Below, piece after piece: positions 10,947-22,470 of a stretch of 64,000 nt of DNA (within the stretch, counting starts at the first letter, position 1; the number at the start of each line of letters is the position of its first letter). Origin of the DNA: Escherichia coli (lineage in GTDB: Bacteria > Pseudomonadota > Gammaproteobacteria > Enterobacterales > Enterobacteriaceae). The position numbers were made by a program, and so were the translations under genes. The DNA lies in assembly GCF_013122565.1 (NCBI RefSeq), contig NZ_CP053258.1. The stretch is one strand, 5' to 3'. The notes under the pieces are model-generated. The model saw only the letters and a list, made by a program, of their open reading frames with translations. It was not told the origin of the DNA and made no database searches.

Positions 10947-11966
10947 ATGTTGCAGTTTATTCTCCGACGTTTGGGACTCGTCATCCCCACGTTTATCGGT
11001 ATTACCCTTCTCACATTTGCCTTTGTCCACATGATCCCGGGCGATCCGGTGATGATCATGGCGGGCGAACGTGGGATCTCCCCAGAGCGTCACGCGCAGC
11101 TGCTGGCTGAACTCGGCTTAGATAAACCGATGTGGCAGCAGTATCTCCATTACATTTGGGGCGTTATGCATGGCGATCTAGGCATTTCAATGAAAAGCCG
11201 CATCCCTGTTTGGGAAGAGTTCGTGCCGCGCTTCCAGGCCACGCTGGAACTTGGTGTCTGCGCGATGATTTTTGCTACGGCAGTCGGTATTCCGGTTGGT
11301 GTGCTGGCTGCGGTTAAACGCGGTTCCATTTTCGATCACACGGCGGTTGGTCTGGCACTGACCGGCTACTCGATGCCGATCTTCTGGTGGGGCATGATGC
11401 TGATCATGCTGGTTTCAGTACACTGGAACCTGACGCCCGTCTCCGGTCGCGTGAGCGACATGGTGTTCCTCGATGACTCCAATCCGTTAACCGGTTTTAT
11501 GCTGATCGACACCGCCATCTGGGGTGAAGATGGCAACTTTATCGATGCCGTTGCCCATATGATCCTGCCCGCCATTGTGCTGGGTACTATTCCGCTGGCG
11601 GTCATTGTGCGTATGACACGCTCCTCGATGCTGGAAGTGCTGGGTGAAGATTACATCCGCACCGCGCGCGCCAAAGGGCTAACCCGCATGCGGGTGATTA
11701 TCGTCCATGCGCTGCGTAACGCGATGCTGCCGGTAGTGACCGTTATCGGCCTCCAGGTGGGAACATTGCTGGCGGGGGCGATTCTGACCGAAACCATCTT
11801 CTCGTGGCCCGGTCTGGGGCGCTGGTTGATTGACGCACTGCAACGCCGCGACTATCCGGTAGTGCAGGGCGGCGTATTGCTGGTGGCGACGATGATTATC
11901 CTCGTCAACTTGCTGGTCGATCTGCTGTACGGCGTGGTGAACCCGCGTATTCGTCATAAGAAGTAA
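10947..11966 (+). CDS. dppB: Dipeptide ABC transporter permease
   Basis: 339 aa from ATG at 10947 (MLQFILRRLG...); ORF-track start 10821 is an upstream extension. Confidence 0.9.
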   Translation: MLQFILRRLGLVIPTFIGITLLTFAFVHMIPGDPVMIMAGERGISPERHAQLLAELGLDKPMWQQYLHYIWGVMHGDLGISMKSRIPVWEEFVPRFQATLELGVCAMIFATAVGIPVGVLAAVKRGSIFDHTAVGLALTGYSMPIFWWGMMLIMLVSVHWNLTPVSGRVSDMVFLDDSNPLTGFMLIDTAIWGEDGNFIDAVAHMILPAIVLGTIPLAVIVRMTRSSMLEVLGEDYIRTARAKGLTRMRVIIVHALRNAMLPVVTVIGLQVGTLLAGAILTETIFSWPGLGRWLIDALQRRDYPVVQGGVLLVATMIILVNLLVDLLYGVVNPRIRHKK

Positions 11967-11975
11967 GGGGACATC

Positions 11976-12878
11976 ATGTCACAGGTTACTGAAAATAAAG
12001 TGATTAGCGCACCGGTGCCGATGACCCCGTTACAGGAGTTCTGGCACTATTTTAAACGCAACAAAGGCGCGGTCGTCGGGCTGGTTTACGTCGTCATCGT
12101 GCTGTTTATCGCGATCTTTGCCAACTGGATTGCACCCTATAACCCGGCGGAACAGTTCCGCGATGCACTGCTCGCCCCGCCAGCCTGGCAGGAAGGCGGC
12201 AGCATGGCGCACTTGCTGGGCACCGATGACGTCGGTCGTGATGTGCTGTCGCGCCTGATGTACGGTGCGCGATTGTCACTGCTGGTTGGCTGTCTGGTGG
12301 TGGTGTTATCGCTGATTATGGGCGTTATTCTCGGCCTGATCGCCGGTTACTTCGGCGGCCTGGTCGATAACATCATCATGCGCGTGGTCGATATCATGCT
12401 GGCGCTGCCAAGTCTGCTGTTGGCACTGGTGCTGGTGGCGATTTTCGGCCCGTCGATTGGTAACGCCGCGCTGGCGCTGACCTTCGTTGCCTTGCCGCAC
12501 TATGTGCGCTTAACACGCGCCGCCGTGCTGGTGGAGGTGAATCGCGATTACGTTACCGCGTCTCGCGTGGCAGGTGCCGGGGCGATGCGTCAGATGTTTA
12601 TTAACATCTTCCCGAACTGCCTTGCGCCTCTGATTGTTCAGGCGTCGCTCGGTTTCTCTAACGCCATTCTCGATATGGCTGCTCTTGGTTTCCTCGGCAT
12701 GGGGGCACAGCCGCCAACGCCTGAGTGGGGCACCATGCTCTCCGACGTGTTGCAGTTCGCGCAAAGCGCCTGGTGGGTCGTGACCTTCCCTGGTCTGGCG
12801 ATCCTGCTGACGGTGCTGGCATTTAACCTGATGGGTGACGGTCTGCGTGACGCGCTCGATCCCAAACTGAAGCAGTAA
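11976..12878 (+). CDS. dppC: Dipeptide ABC transporter permease
   Basis: 300 aa polytopic membrane protein, operon order. Confidence 0.9.
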
Positions 12879-12888
12879 GAGGTTCGAG

Positions 12889-13872
12889 ATGGCGTTATTA
12901 AATGTAGATAAATTATCGGTGCATTTCGGCGACGAAAGCGCACCGTTCCGCGCCGTAGACCGCATCAGCTACAGCGTAAAACAGGGCGAAGTGGTCGGAA
13001 TTGTGGGTGAGTCTGGCTCCGGTAAGTCGGTCAGTTCACTGGCTATTATGGGGCTGATTGATTATCCGGGCCGCGTAATGGCGGAAAAGCTGGAGTTTAA
13101 CGGTCAGGATTTACAGCGTATCTCAGAAAAAGAGCGCCGCAACCTGGTGGGTGCCGAAGTGGCGATGATCTTCCAGGACCCGATGACCAGCCTTAACCCG
13201 TGCTACACAGTGGGTTTCCAGATTATGGAAGCGATTAAGGTGCATCAGGGCGGTAATAAGAGCACTCGTCGTCAGCGGGCGATTGACCTGCTGAATCAGG
13301 TCGGTATTCCCGATCCGGCATCGCGTCTGGATGTTTACCCGCATCAGCTTTCCGGCGGCATGAGCCAGCGCGTGATGATCGCCATGGCGATTGCCTGTCG
13401 GCCAAAACTGCTGATTGCCGATGAACCAACCACTGCGCTGGACGTGACCATTCAGGCGCAAATCATTGAACTACTGCTGGAGCTACAGCAGAAAGAGAAC
13501 ATGGCGCTGGTGTTAATTACCCATGACCTGGCGCTGGTGGCGGAAGCGGCGCATAAAATTATCGTGATGTATGCCGGCCAGGTGGTGGAAACGGGCGATG
13601 CGCACGCCATCTTCCATGCGCCGCGTCACCCGTATACCCAGGCATTGCTGCGTGCGCTGCCGGAATTTGCTCAGGATAAAGAACGTCTGGCGTCGTTGCC
13701 AGGTGTTGTTCCCGGCAAGTATGACCGTCCGAACGGCTGCCTGCTTAACCCGCGCTGCCCCTATGCCACTGACAGATGCCGCGCTGAAGAACCGGCGTTG
13801 AATATGCTCGCTGACGGGCGTCAGTCCAAATGCCATTACCCACTTGATGATGCCGGGAGGCCGACACTATGA
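12889..13872 (+). CDS. dppD: Dipeptide ABC transporter ATP-binding protein
   Basis: 327 aa; Walker A GESGSGKS, signature LSGGMSQR, Walker B LIADEPT. Confidence 0.92.
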
Positions 13873-14873
13873 GTACGCATGAGGCCACCTCGCAACAACC
13901 GCTGTTGCAGGCTATCGACCTGAAAAAACATTATCCGGTGAAGAAAGGTTTGTTCGCACCGGAACGTCTGGTGAAGGCGCTGGATGGCGTTTCGTTTAAC
14001 CTTGAACGTGGCAAAACGCTGGCGGTAGTAGGTGAATCTGGCTGCGGTAAATCGACCCTCGGTCGGTTGCTGACGATGATTGAAACGCCCACCGGCGGCG
14101 AGCTGTATTACCAGGGGCAGGATCTGCTCAAGCACGATCCGCAGGCGCAGAAGTTGCGTCGGCAGAAAATCCAGATTGTCTTCCAGAACCCTTACGGTTC
14201 GCTGAATCCACGTAAAAAAGTCGGGCAAATTCTTGAGGAGCCGCTGCTGATTAATACCAGCTTAAGCAAAGAACAGCGTAGGGAAAAAGCCCTGTCGATG
14301 ATGGCGAAAGTCGGCCTGAAAACCGAGCACTATGACCGCTATCCGCATATGTTCTCCGGCGGTCAGCGTCAGCGTATCGCCATCGCCCGTGGTCTGATGC
14401 TCGACCCGGATGTGGTGATTGCCGATGAGCCGGTTTCCGCGCTGGACGTCTCAGTGCGTGCGCAGGTGCTCAACCTGATGATGGATTTGCAGCAGGAACT
14501 GGGGCTTTCTTATGTCTTTATCTCGCACGACCTGTCGGTTGTGGAGCACATTGCTGATGAAGTGATGGTGATGTACCTGGGCCGCTGCGTGGAGAAAGGG
14601 ACGAAGGACCAAATCTTCAATAACCCGCGCCACCCGTACACTCAGGCGCTGCTCTCCGCCACACCACGCCTGAACCCGGACGATCGTCGCGAACGCATCA
14701 AACTCACCGGTGAACTGCCAAGCCCGCTCAATCCACCGCCGGGTTGCGCCTTCAACGCCCGCTGTCGTCGGCGCTTCGGCCCCTGCACTCAGTTACAGCC
14801 ACCGCTGAAAGATTACGGCGGTCAACTGGTGGCCTGCTTTGCCGTTGATCAGGATGAAAATCCGCAGCGTTAA
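13869..14873 (+). CDS. dppF: Dipeptide ABC transporter ATP-binding protein
   Basis: 334 aa; Walker [10 protein letters not shown], signature FSGGQRQR; start overlaps dppD stop (ATGA). Confidence 0.92.
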
Positions 14874-14902
14874 CTCACAAAACCGGGGCCATGCGCTCCG
14901 GT

Positions 14903-16174
14903 TTACTCAATCAGCTTCAACAGTGGCGACAAGCATAGCAAAATGCCGTACAGCAGAATTAGCCAGGCTTTAAACCCGCGAAGTTTTTCCAGTTGTGCGA
15001 CTTTATAGATCAGGAAAAACGGAATGAGGCACGACACAATGCCATATAACGGGCTTCCCAACTGAAAGAACACCAGCACCGATACACGAAACGAAACCCA
15101 AATCGTCAACGTAATGACGATAAAAGCGCAGATCGCCAGAGTCAGTACGCGTGAGTTAATTTTCTTGGTATCAATAATTCGGCTTAACAGATTGAGAATA
15201 ATGCCTTTAATGGCCTCGTGGAAACCGAGATAAATGCCAAAGAATGCGGTGAGTACGGCAAAGATATTCAGCACCGTAGAGGTGATATGAATGATATGCC
15301 CAGGGATCACCTGCGCGGCCAGCGCCAGTGCCGAGATATTTTGTTCAAAGGCAGAAACGGCTTCTTCGTGGCTAATTGAGAAGGTAAACGAAAAAGCAAA
15401 AAACAGGATCACCGCGATGAGCGTGACATAACTAATTCGGTGGGTACGCAGCGCGAGCCGGGTTGCCAGTACTTTATCCGCTTCCCGTTTACGATAGGCA
15501 ATATTCATTGGGTTAAGTACCTGAATAAATACTGCAGAAAAGAAGCAAAATGGAATGGTAAGCAGGACATCGCGGAAAAAGACGGAGGCTTGTGGGAAGG
15601 CGGTTATATTGGCGAAATTCCAGTGCGGGATCATCGCAAAACCGAACACGACAATAATCCCTACTTTGACCACCACCATTGGCCCAGAAATCTTAAACAG
15701 TAATCGTTCACCACCAGACGCAATCGCCACCAGTACGGCGAAAATGGCGACTTTATAAAGTAGAGATTGTGAAAGATCGGCATCGGTTAAACCGAAGGTT
15801 TTCAGGTACGAGGCGCTGTCGAAAACCACGGAGAGAGAGTAGATAAAAATCCCGTGGATAATCATCAAAAAGTAGATAACTCCGAGGAAAATTCCCCAGT
15901 TCTTCCCCAGGTAATGACTGATAATATCGGTGTAGTCATTACAGGAATCGCTTTCAGAAAGGGTTTTTAAATAAATGTCCTGTACTACCCAGGTGGCAGG
16001 ATAAGCAATGATCGCTGCGGTAATAAATACCCAAATTCCCTTCAAGCCAATTTGTACTGGCATCAGCACGGTTCCGGCACCAATCGCCATGCCTATGCAT
16101 AATAAAACCCAGCCGAAGTCGTAGCGTGTAAACGGCAATTTCTGATCGTGTTTCGGTAGTGTGTTGTGCTGCAT
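14903..16174 (-). CDS. yhjV: Inner-membrane transporter YhjV (amino-acid permease-like)
   Basis: 423 aa from ATG at 16174 (MQHNTLPK...); multi-pass hydrophobic protein; ORF-track start 16237 is an upstream extension. Confidence 0.85.
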   Translation of the reverse strand: MQHNTLPKHDQKLPFTRYDFGWVLLCIGMAIGAGTVLMPVQIGLKGIWVFITAAIIAYPATWVVQDIYLKTLSESDSCNDYTDIISHYLGKNWGIFLGVIYFLMIIHGIFIYSLSVVFDSASYLKTFGLTDADLSQSLLYKVAIFAVLVAIASGGERLLFKISGPMVVVKVGIIVVFGFAMIPHWNFANITAFPQASVFFRDVLLTIPFCFFSAVFIQVLNPMNIAYRKREADKVLATRLALRTHRISYVTLIAVILFFAFSFTFSISHEEAVSAFEQNISALALAAQVIPGHIIHITSTVLNIFAVLTAFFGIYLGFHEAIKGIILNLLSRIIDTKKINSRVLTLAICAFIVITLTIWVSFRVSVLVFFQLGSPLYGIVSCLIPFFLIYKVAQLEKLRGFKAWLILLYGILLCLSPLLKLIE

Positions 16175-16532
16175 AAAGTCCTGTCCAGAAAGAAGTCGGC
16201 CTCGCAAAAATGAATAAACCCAGTTTCTCTTGCGCAACAGGTGGAGAAGTCGAATACGCAGTATGTAAAAAATGAGGCAACAGATTCACTGGGGAGGTCG
16301 CGAGGAGGCGCAATTCTACAAAATTGCGCATTTCACTACCAGTCTGGAGTCAGCCCGGATATGAACTGCAACTATTGCAAATAAAGAAATTAAGCTGGAA
16401 GGCATCACGCAATGAGGAAGATTGTCGGGTGCTGAGGGTAAAAAGCAATCGTAAAATCAGCGGCAAGCCGGAAGGGTTCCGGTGAGGCGCAATGTTGCGG
16501 GGGCTTTATCCCTGGTGGCATTGGTTGCTGGA

Positions 16533-16605
16533 GAGAGAAAACCCCCGCACGTTGCAGGTATGCACCTGACAACACCACGGGGGCTAATCTTGACTCTAGA
16601 CCACT
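16533..16605 (-). ncRNA. rdl: Rdl-type antisense RNA (type I antitoxin), copy 1; ends approximate
   Basis: Minus-strand segment antisense to the ldr leader ending in a GC hairpin plus U-tract (ccccgcacg.. / gggggttttctctc); placement by analogy to K-12 rdlD. Confidence 0.45.
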
Positions 16606-16649
16606 CAAGAATAGCCGCGAAACGTTGTCATTACAACACAGGCGGCTAT

Positions 16650-16757
16650 ATGACGCTCGCAGAGCTGGGCATGGCCTTCTGGCATGATTTAGCGGCTCCG
16701 GTCATTGCTGGCATTCTTGCCAGTATGATCGTGAACTGGCTGAATAAGCGGAAGTAA
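16650..16757 (+). CDS. ldr: Ldr-family small toxic peptide (type I toxin), copy 1
   Basis: 35-aa peptide MTLAELGMAFWHDLAAPVIAGILASMIVNWLNKRK, matching remembered LdrD-type toxin. Confidence 0.8.
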   Translation: MTLAELGMAFWHDLAAPVIAGILASMIVNWLNKRK

Positions 16758-17015
16758 CGTGTCATGCGGGCGTCAGGCTGCCGTAATGGCAATTTGCGCC
16801 CGGACCAGGCCGCAGGGGTGAAACTCTGCGGCCTTTTTCGTAAGAAAAATGCAACGGTTGCAAGCGGATAATATTCTGCGGAATGCGCAGCACAGAGTGA
16901 AGACGTGACGGATTTCGGAACAGAAAAACAGTCGTAGAATCAGCGGCAAGCCGGAAAGGTTCCGGTGAGGCGCAATGTTGCGGGGGCTTTATCCCTGGTG
17001 GCATTGGTTGCTGGA

Positions 17016-17088
17016 GAGAGAAAACCCCCGCACGTTGCAGGTATGCACCTGACAACATTACGGGGGCTAATCTTGAACCCAAACAACT
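17016..17088 (-). ncRNA. rdl: Rdl-type antisense RNA, copy 2; ends approximate
   Basis: Same arrangement in second repeat unit. Confidence 0.45.
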
Positions 17089-17132
17089 CAAGAATAGCCG
17101 CGAAACGTTGTCATTACAACACAGGCGGCTAT

Positions 17133-17240
17133 ATGACGCTCGCAGAACTGGGCATGGCCTTCTGGCATGATTTAGCGGCTCCGGTCATTGCTGGCATTCT
17201 TGCCAGTATGATCGTGAACTGGCTGAACAAGCGGAAGTAA
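17133..17240 (+). CDS. ldr: Ldr-family small toxic peptide, copy 2
   Basis: Identical 35-aa peptide in second repeat unit. Confidence 0.8.
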   Translation: MTLAELGMAFWHDLAAPVIAGILASMIVNWLNKRK

Positions 17241-17498
17241 CGTGTCATGCGGGCGTCAGGCTGCCGTAATGGCAATTTGCGCCCGGACCAGGCCGCAGGG
17301 GTGAAACTCTGCGGCCTTTTTCGTAAGAAAAATGCAACGATTGCAAGCGGATAATATTCTGCGGAATGCGCAGCACAGAGTGAAGACGTGACGGATTCCG
17401 GAGCAGAAAAACAGTCGTAGAATCAGCGGCAAGCCGGAAAGGTTCCGGTGAGGCGCAATGTTGCGGGGGCTTAATCCCTGGTGGCATTGGTTGCTGGA

Positions 17499-17571
17499 GA
17501 GAGAAAACCCCCGCACGTTGCAGGTATGCACCTGACAACATCACGGGGGCCATTCTTGAACCTGAACAACT
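17499..17571 (-). ncRNA. rdl: Rdl-type antisense RNA, copy 3; ends approximate
   Basis: Same arrangement in third repeat unit. Confidence 0.45.
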
Positions 17572-17615
17572 CAAGAATAGCCGCGAAACGTTGTCATTAC
17601 AACACAGGCGGCTAT

Positions 17616-17723
17616 ATGACGCTCGCAGAACTGGGCATGGCCTTCTGGCACGATTTAGCGGCTCCGGTCATTGCTGGCATTCTTGCCAGTATGATTGTGA
17701 ACTGGCTGAATAAGCGGAAGTAA
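17616..17723 (+). CDS. ldr: Ldr-family small toxic peptide, copy 3
   Basis: Identical 35-aa peptide in third repeat unit. Confidence 0.8.
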   Translation: MTLAELGMAFWHDLAAPVIAGILASMIVNWLNKRK

Positions 17724-17809
17724 CGTGTCATGCGGGCGTCAGGCTGCCGTAATGGCAATTTGCGCCCGGATCAGGCCGCAGGGGGTAAACTCTGCGGCCT
17801 TTTTCGTTC

Positions 17810-19489
17810 TTACTGCGGGTAAGGCACCCAGTCGCCGCCGTTCAGGCGAACGTACGGTTTATCCTGGTATTGAATAACTACTGCATTTGAGTTCTCGGAG
17901 ACCGGTGCTGTTTGTGGCAACCCACTGGTGAGTTTTTTCCAGTCAACATTGTCTTCGGTGAAAATCTTGCCATCAAGAACGCGAACCACCAGATCGGAGA
18001 TAGCCAGGAAGCTGCTCGGTTGGTCGATAACAATCGGTGCCCCCTGATGTGGTGCCTTCATGCCGAAGAATTTCACCCCAACGGGGACGTCGGTGATAGA
18101 CGGGCTAGGGATATCACGTAGGCCAGATACCTGCATTCTGTCGCCCTTCAGCGCGCCGCCGTGTTCCGGCACCACGACCACCATCACTTTACGACCCGAT
18201 TTCTCCAGTTCAGTAAAGAAGGCGTCCAGTTCATCAAAGAATTTCTGCGCCCGCGCTTTGTAATCCGCTGTTTTGCTGACGCCCGGATAATGGTTGCCGT
18301 CATGCAGTGGAAGTGTGTTGTAGAACGTGGCACTACGGCTGTTTTTATCTTTTTCGGTAACGTCCAGCCAGCGGTTAAGCACGGCGGTATCGTCATAAAC
18401 CGGCGAACCATCAAAGCCCAGCAAAATAATCGGCAGATTTGTTTGATCCATCAATTCAGTCTGCATGCCGCCATTTTCGCGAACTTCTTTCAAAAAACCG
18501 CCGAACTGGCCGTTATGTCCCATCATCAGGTGCTGGGTAAAGCCCAGTTTCGACAGGTTATCAAATAGATAGCAGTCGTTATTTGCCGGTTGATACAGAT
18601 TAGTGTGCGAAGTCTGCCCGCAGCTGGCGCGCAGTAAACGGATCGCCGCCGGGCCACTGTAGGAGGTGGCGGAGTTAAAGTTCTTGAACTCAATATCGAA
18701 ATGCGACCACAGCGGATGCGACATCAACCCGGCGGCTTCTATATCCGACCAGGAAAGCGAACAGATATTAATCACCAGTAGTTCAAATGGCTGAGCATCA
18801 GCGGGCAGCGAAGACGGGAAGGTCGATTTACGTTTCGCCTCCGCGTTATAGAAATTATTCAGCCAGGCGTTAAGGTTCGCCGTTGTTGGCGGTGCAGTTT
18901 GTGCGGGCATATCACCCACTACCGGTGCGCCACCCGTCGCCGCAACGGTTGCCGCTGCGTTACCACCCGTCGTTGTTACAGTGGTCGTCGGTTGTCCGGC
19001 TGGCCACAAGGAGAAACTTGGTCCCGCCAGGGTAAGTACGTTCAGCCATAGCAGTATGGCAACCACAAAAACGGTAATGCGAATCCATTGTGACAGGAAT
19101 AACCAGGCCACTAATAAAACAAAAATGGCCCCAATCATCTGCCAGTTAATAAAGCGTGTGACAAGGTCGATTAAATAATCGGTACTGAACCCCGCCACCT
19201 GCGAACCCTGGCTCATTATGCTTTCCGGGCCAGGCAACCAGGTGTCATGCCAGAACAAAGCAAAGCCGATCGGCAGGGCAATCCAGTGGCGCAAGCGATG
19301 CAGGCTGTAACGCGGAATGGGCATCAGCAGAAACGCGGCAAACACCAAATTGAGGAGCGGATGGAAGTTAAGATATCCCGCCCACAACAGGCCGAACTTA
19401 ACCAGAAAATAGAAGTTCCAGCCGGAAAGGCCGCGCCAGTATTGCCAGAGGGAAGAAGGCATGGCGGTATTATGCGTAAATTGAGTCAT
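17810..19489 (-). CDS. bcsG: Cellulose biosynthesis protein BcsG (phosphoethanolamine transferase for pEtN-cellulose)
   Basis: 559 aa; N-terminal TM helices plus alkaline-phosphatase-like periplasmic domain; matches remembered BcsG (YhjU). Confidence 0.9.
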
Positions 19490-19677
19490 TTTTTGGTTGC
19501 CCTGGCTTTTTCCGTGCGGCGTAACGTCCCGGCCGGTTTAACATAACGAGGTTTAGCAAAGAACAAACGTAAGGTGTCGCGAATGCGTCGCAAAGAGTGC
19601 CGCGCCAGATAGCCCAGCGGGAAAAATATCAGTGCGCAAACGACAATAATTTCAATGATATCGCTGATGGTCATCAT
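19486..19677 (-). CDS. bcsF: Cellulose biosynthesis small membrane protein BcsF
   Basis: 63 aa single-TM protein; start/stop overlaps with bcsE and bcsG. Confidence 0.85.
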
Positions 19678-21245
19678 GATGAGCGCTCCACAGCATCATC
19701 TAACAGTCGCATGGGTTCTGGTATTCGTCGCCAGTGGCGACCATCGTGCTCGGCATTGATGACCGGTTTAGAACTTTGCGTTAAAGGCAGCGGCATGCCC
19801 CATTGTTCTGGGGCAAGCAGGCGCATCTGCACCAGCTCGGCACTGATTTGATCATCTTCAAACCAGACCATACGGTTTGAGAAAATGTCGCCAGTAGGCA
19901 ATGGGAAAATATGATTCAACGCGGTATCCAGATCGTTAATCCGACAGAATGAGAGAAACAGCACCAGCCGATTACCGCCAATGGTCATGATATCGCCGGT
20001 ACGGTTAGGGCGACATAGCGTCAGGGCTTGCTCAACGCGGATACCCGGTACCGGACGTAGGGCAACCAGAACGCCTTTACCGTGGGCTGGCAGGAGAGGG
20101 TTATTCATCATGTTGTTGACGGCATTACAGAACACATCCCACTTCTGGAAACCACGCAGTTTGAGCGGCTGGGTCATTGACAGCAAGGTAGTGATATCTT
20201 CCGGCACATAGCGACTAAACTTCTGCCCTTGCACGCTTTCGATCATCGTCAGACAGCGGGAGAGTGGCGCATTCCACGGGATAACCATATTTGCACCGCA
20301 GGCTAATAACAAACGTTCATCGGTGGCGCGCAGGCTAGCGGTATTTTCCCGTACGAGGATTTTCATCGCACTACCGCGCTGGCGACGCAGAGTATGAATG
20401 CTGCGGGCCAGTGGCTCGATTTGTGCATTTTGCTGTAAAGAAAAGACTACCGTCGCCGCCTGAGCGGTACGGGCTTCATTGAACAGGACTTCGTTATTGT
20501 TGAACAGTTGCCAGTGTTCCGATAGCGGCGGCGCACCTTCCAGTACAGCAACATTACTCAGAATGCGTTTTTCGTCGCTGCGTGGTTGGATCTCCGCCTC
20601 TTCGCTTTGAACTAATGTCCAGATACCATTTTGTTGCTGAACGCTAAGCTGCTGACGGGCGCTGACCCCTTTTTCGTTGCACCAGAAGGCAATATCCAGC
20701 AAATGTTGGTCGCCCTGAAAACGCAAACTGGCAAGACCAAAAAGTGAACGGTATTCCTCAAGCAACAATGAAAATTGTTTATCGTTATTATTTCCGGGAT
20801 TAATTACCAAAAGCGAACAATGGTTTAACCTGCTCCATTTATTCAATTTATCCAACCATGAGCGAAGCCGCTCGGCAGGAATGTTTTGCCATGCGTTATT
20901 TGCGCAAACAAGAATAAAAAGGTAATTATGGGGATCAATAGAACACTGCAAATCACGGGCCAAATAGTATAGACCTTTTTCATGATTTAGCATCGAAAAT
21001 AATTTAATTTTTTCCGGCCCTTGAGAATCATCTAATTGAAAGATTTTCTCCGGATCGCTGTCCATGCTAATGACCGCGACGTGTGCGGTTTCAGCCTGGG
21101 ATGCAATTGTTTGATTCGCCAGACTGATAGCATCTTCATGGCGATCGACGTTAAACCACCAGACGCCGCCTGCTGGCATATGTCGCAGCTCATCCCATAA
21201 TGATGAGATACCGATAGAGAATACAGGGTCCACAATGTCCCTCAT
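19674..21245 (-). CDS. bcsE: Cellulose biosynthesis protein BcsE (c-di-GMP-binding)
   Basis: 523 aa; matches remembered BcsE (YhjS); first gene of divergent bcsEFG operon. Confidence 0.9.
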
Positions 21246-21517
21246 GTCACCATTTTGTCTGATTATCAGTTTACTAGCGAAAGCTAAGAAATAAACCTAC
21301 CATTGAAATTAAAACTTATCAGATTTAGCATGTGAATCAATTTAGCAGGTCATAAGACGTGTGATTTTAGTCTTTTCGTTTTTAACTTTTTCTGTTGCGT
21401 AACGGAAAGTCAAAAAGTGAGCAAATTCCCGTCTCGCCGTAAACAATAAACCGGCGAAATGCTCACGGTTAGAATTGTCTTATGAATGGTGCAGTTATTT
21501 CATAGGGATCAAGCAAA

Positions 21518-21706
21518 ATGAATAACAATGAACCAGATAATCTGCCTGATCCCGCGATAGGCTATATCTTCCAGAATGATATTTTGGCGTTAAAGCAGGC
21601 ATTTTCACTGCCTGATATTGATTATGCCGATATTTCCCAACGCGAACAGTTGGCCGCGGCATTAAAACGCTGGCCGTTGCTGGCAGAGTTTGCGCAACAA
21701 AAGTAG
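21518..21706 (+). CDS. bcsR: Cellulose biosynthesis regulator protein BcsR
   Basis: 62 aa; matches remembered YhjR; first gene of bcsRQABZC. Confidence 0.85.
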   Translation: MNNNEPDNLPDPAIGYIFQNDILALKQAFSLPDIDYADISQREQLAAALKRWPLLAEFAQQK

Positions 21707-21717
21707 GGGATTGGTGA

Positions 21718-22470
21718 ATGGCCGTACTGGGATTGCAGGGGGTGCGGGGAGGCGTGGGGACAACAACCATCACCGCCGCATTAGCCTGGTCATTACAAAT
21801 GTTGGGAGAAAATGTCCTGGTGGTCGATGCCTGCCCGGACAATTTGTTGCGCCTGTCATTTAATGTTGATTTTATCCACCGTCAGGGCTGGGCCAGAGCT
21901 ATGCTGGATGGTCAGGACTGGCGTGACGCTGGGTTGCGCTACACCTCGCAGCTCGATTTGCTGCCTTTTGGTCAGTTATCCATTGAAGAACAAGAAAATC
22001 CACATCACTGGCAAACCCGGTTGAGCGATATTTGCTCCGGCTTACAGCAACTAAAATCCAGCGGGCGTTACCAGTGGATTTTAATCGACTTACCGCGTGA
22101 TGCCTCGCAGATAACCCACCAGCTGCTGAGTTTGTGCGATCACTCGCTGGCAATCGTCAATGTGGATGCCAACTGCCATATCCGACTGCATCAGCAAGCA
22201 CTGCCGGATGGCGCACATATTTTGATTAATGACTTCTGTATTGGCAGTCAGGTTCAGGACGATATTTACCAGCTTTGGTTGCAAAGCCAGCGCCGATTAC
22301 TGCCGATGCTCATTCATCGTGATGAAGCGATGGCTGAATGCCTGGCGGCTAAGCAACCAGTCGGTGAATACCGCAGTGATTCGCTGGCGGCTGAAGAGAT
22401 ACTGACGCTGGCGAACTGGTGCCTGTTGAACTATTCCGGGCTGAAAACGCCAGTCGGGAGTAAATCATGA
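21718..22470 (+). CDS. bcsQ: Cellulose synthase operon protein BcsQ (MinD/ParA-like), intact
   Basis: 250 aa uninterrupted; codon 6 reads CAG (Gln) in atggccgtactgggattgCAGggg, where K-12 carries a TAG stop. Confidence 0.9.
   Translation: MAVLGLQGVRGGVGTTTITAALAWSLQMLGENVLVVDACPDNLLRLSFNVDFIHRQGWARAMLDGQDWRDAGLRYTSQLDLLPFGQLSIEEQENPHHWQTRLSDICSGLQQLKSSGRYQWILIDLPRDASQITHQLLSLCDHSLAIVNVDANCHIRLHQQALPDGAHILINDFCIGSQVQDDIYQLWLQSQRRLLPMLIHRDEAMAECLAAKQPVGEYRSDSLAAEEILTLANWCLLNYSGLKTPVGSKS

Larger units (their letters stand above)
16440..17805. repeat. Three tandem near-identical ldr/rdl units (about 483 bp each)
   Basis: Direct comparison: blocks starting near 16443, 16926 and 17409 are almost identical and each ends with a hairpin terminator ccgcagggg..ctctgcggccttttt. 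Confidence 0.85.

Noticed and set aside
16482-17723. 91-aa and 80-aa plus-strand ORFs spanning the ldr leaders, and 109-aa minus-strand ORFs (16762-17091, 17245-17574) in the ldr/rdl repeats
   Set aside because: The long plus-strand frames are in-frame read-through of the leader into the 35-aa Ldr peptide. The minus-strand frames are repeated because the DNA is repeated, not because they are conserved proteins; they cover the terminator and antisense-RNA region.
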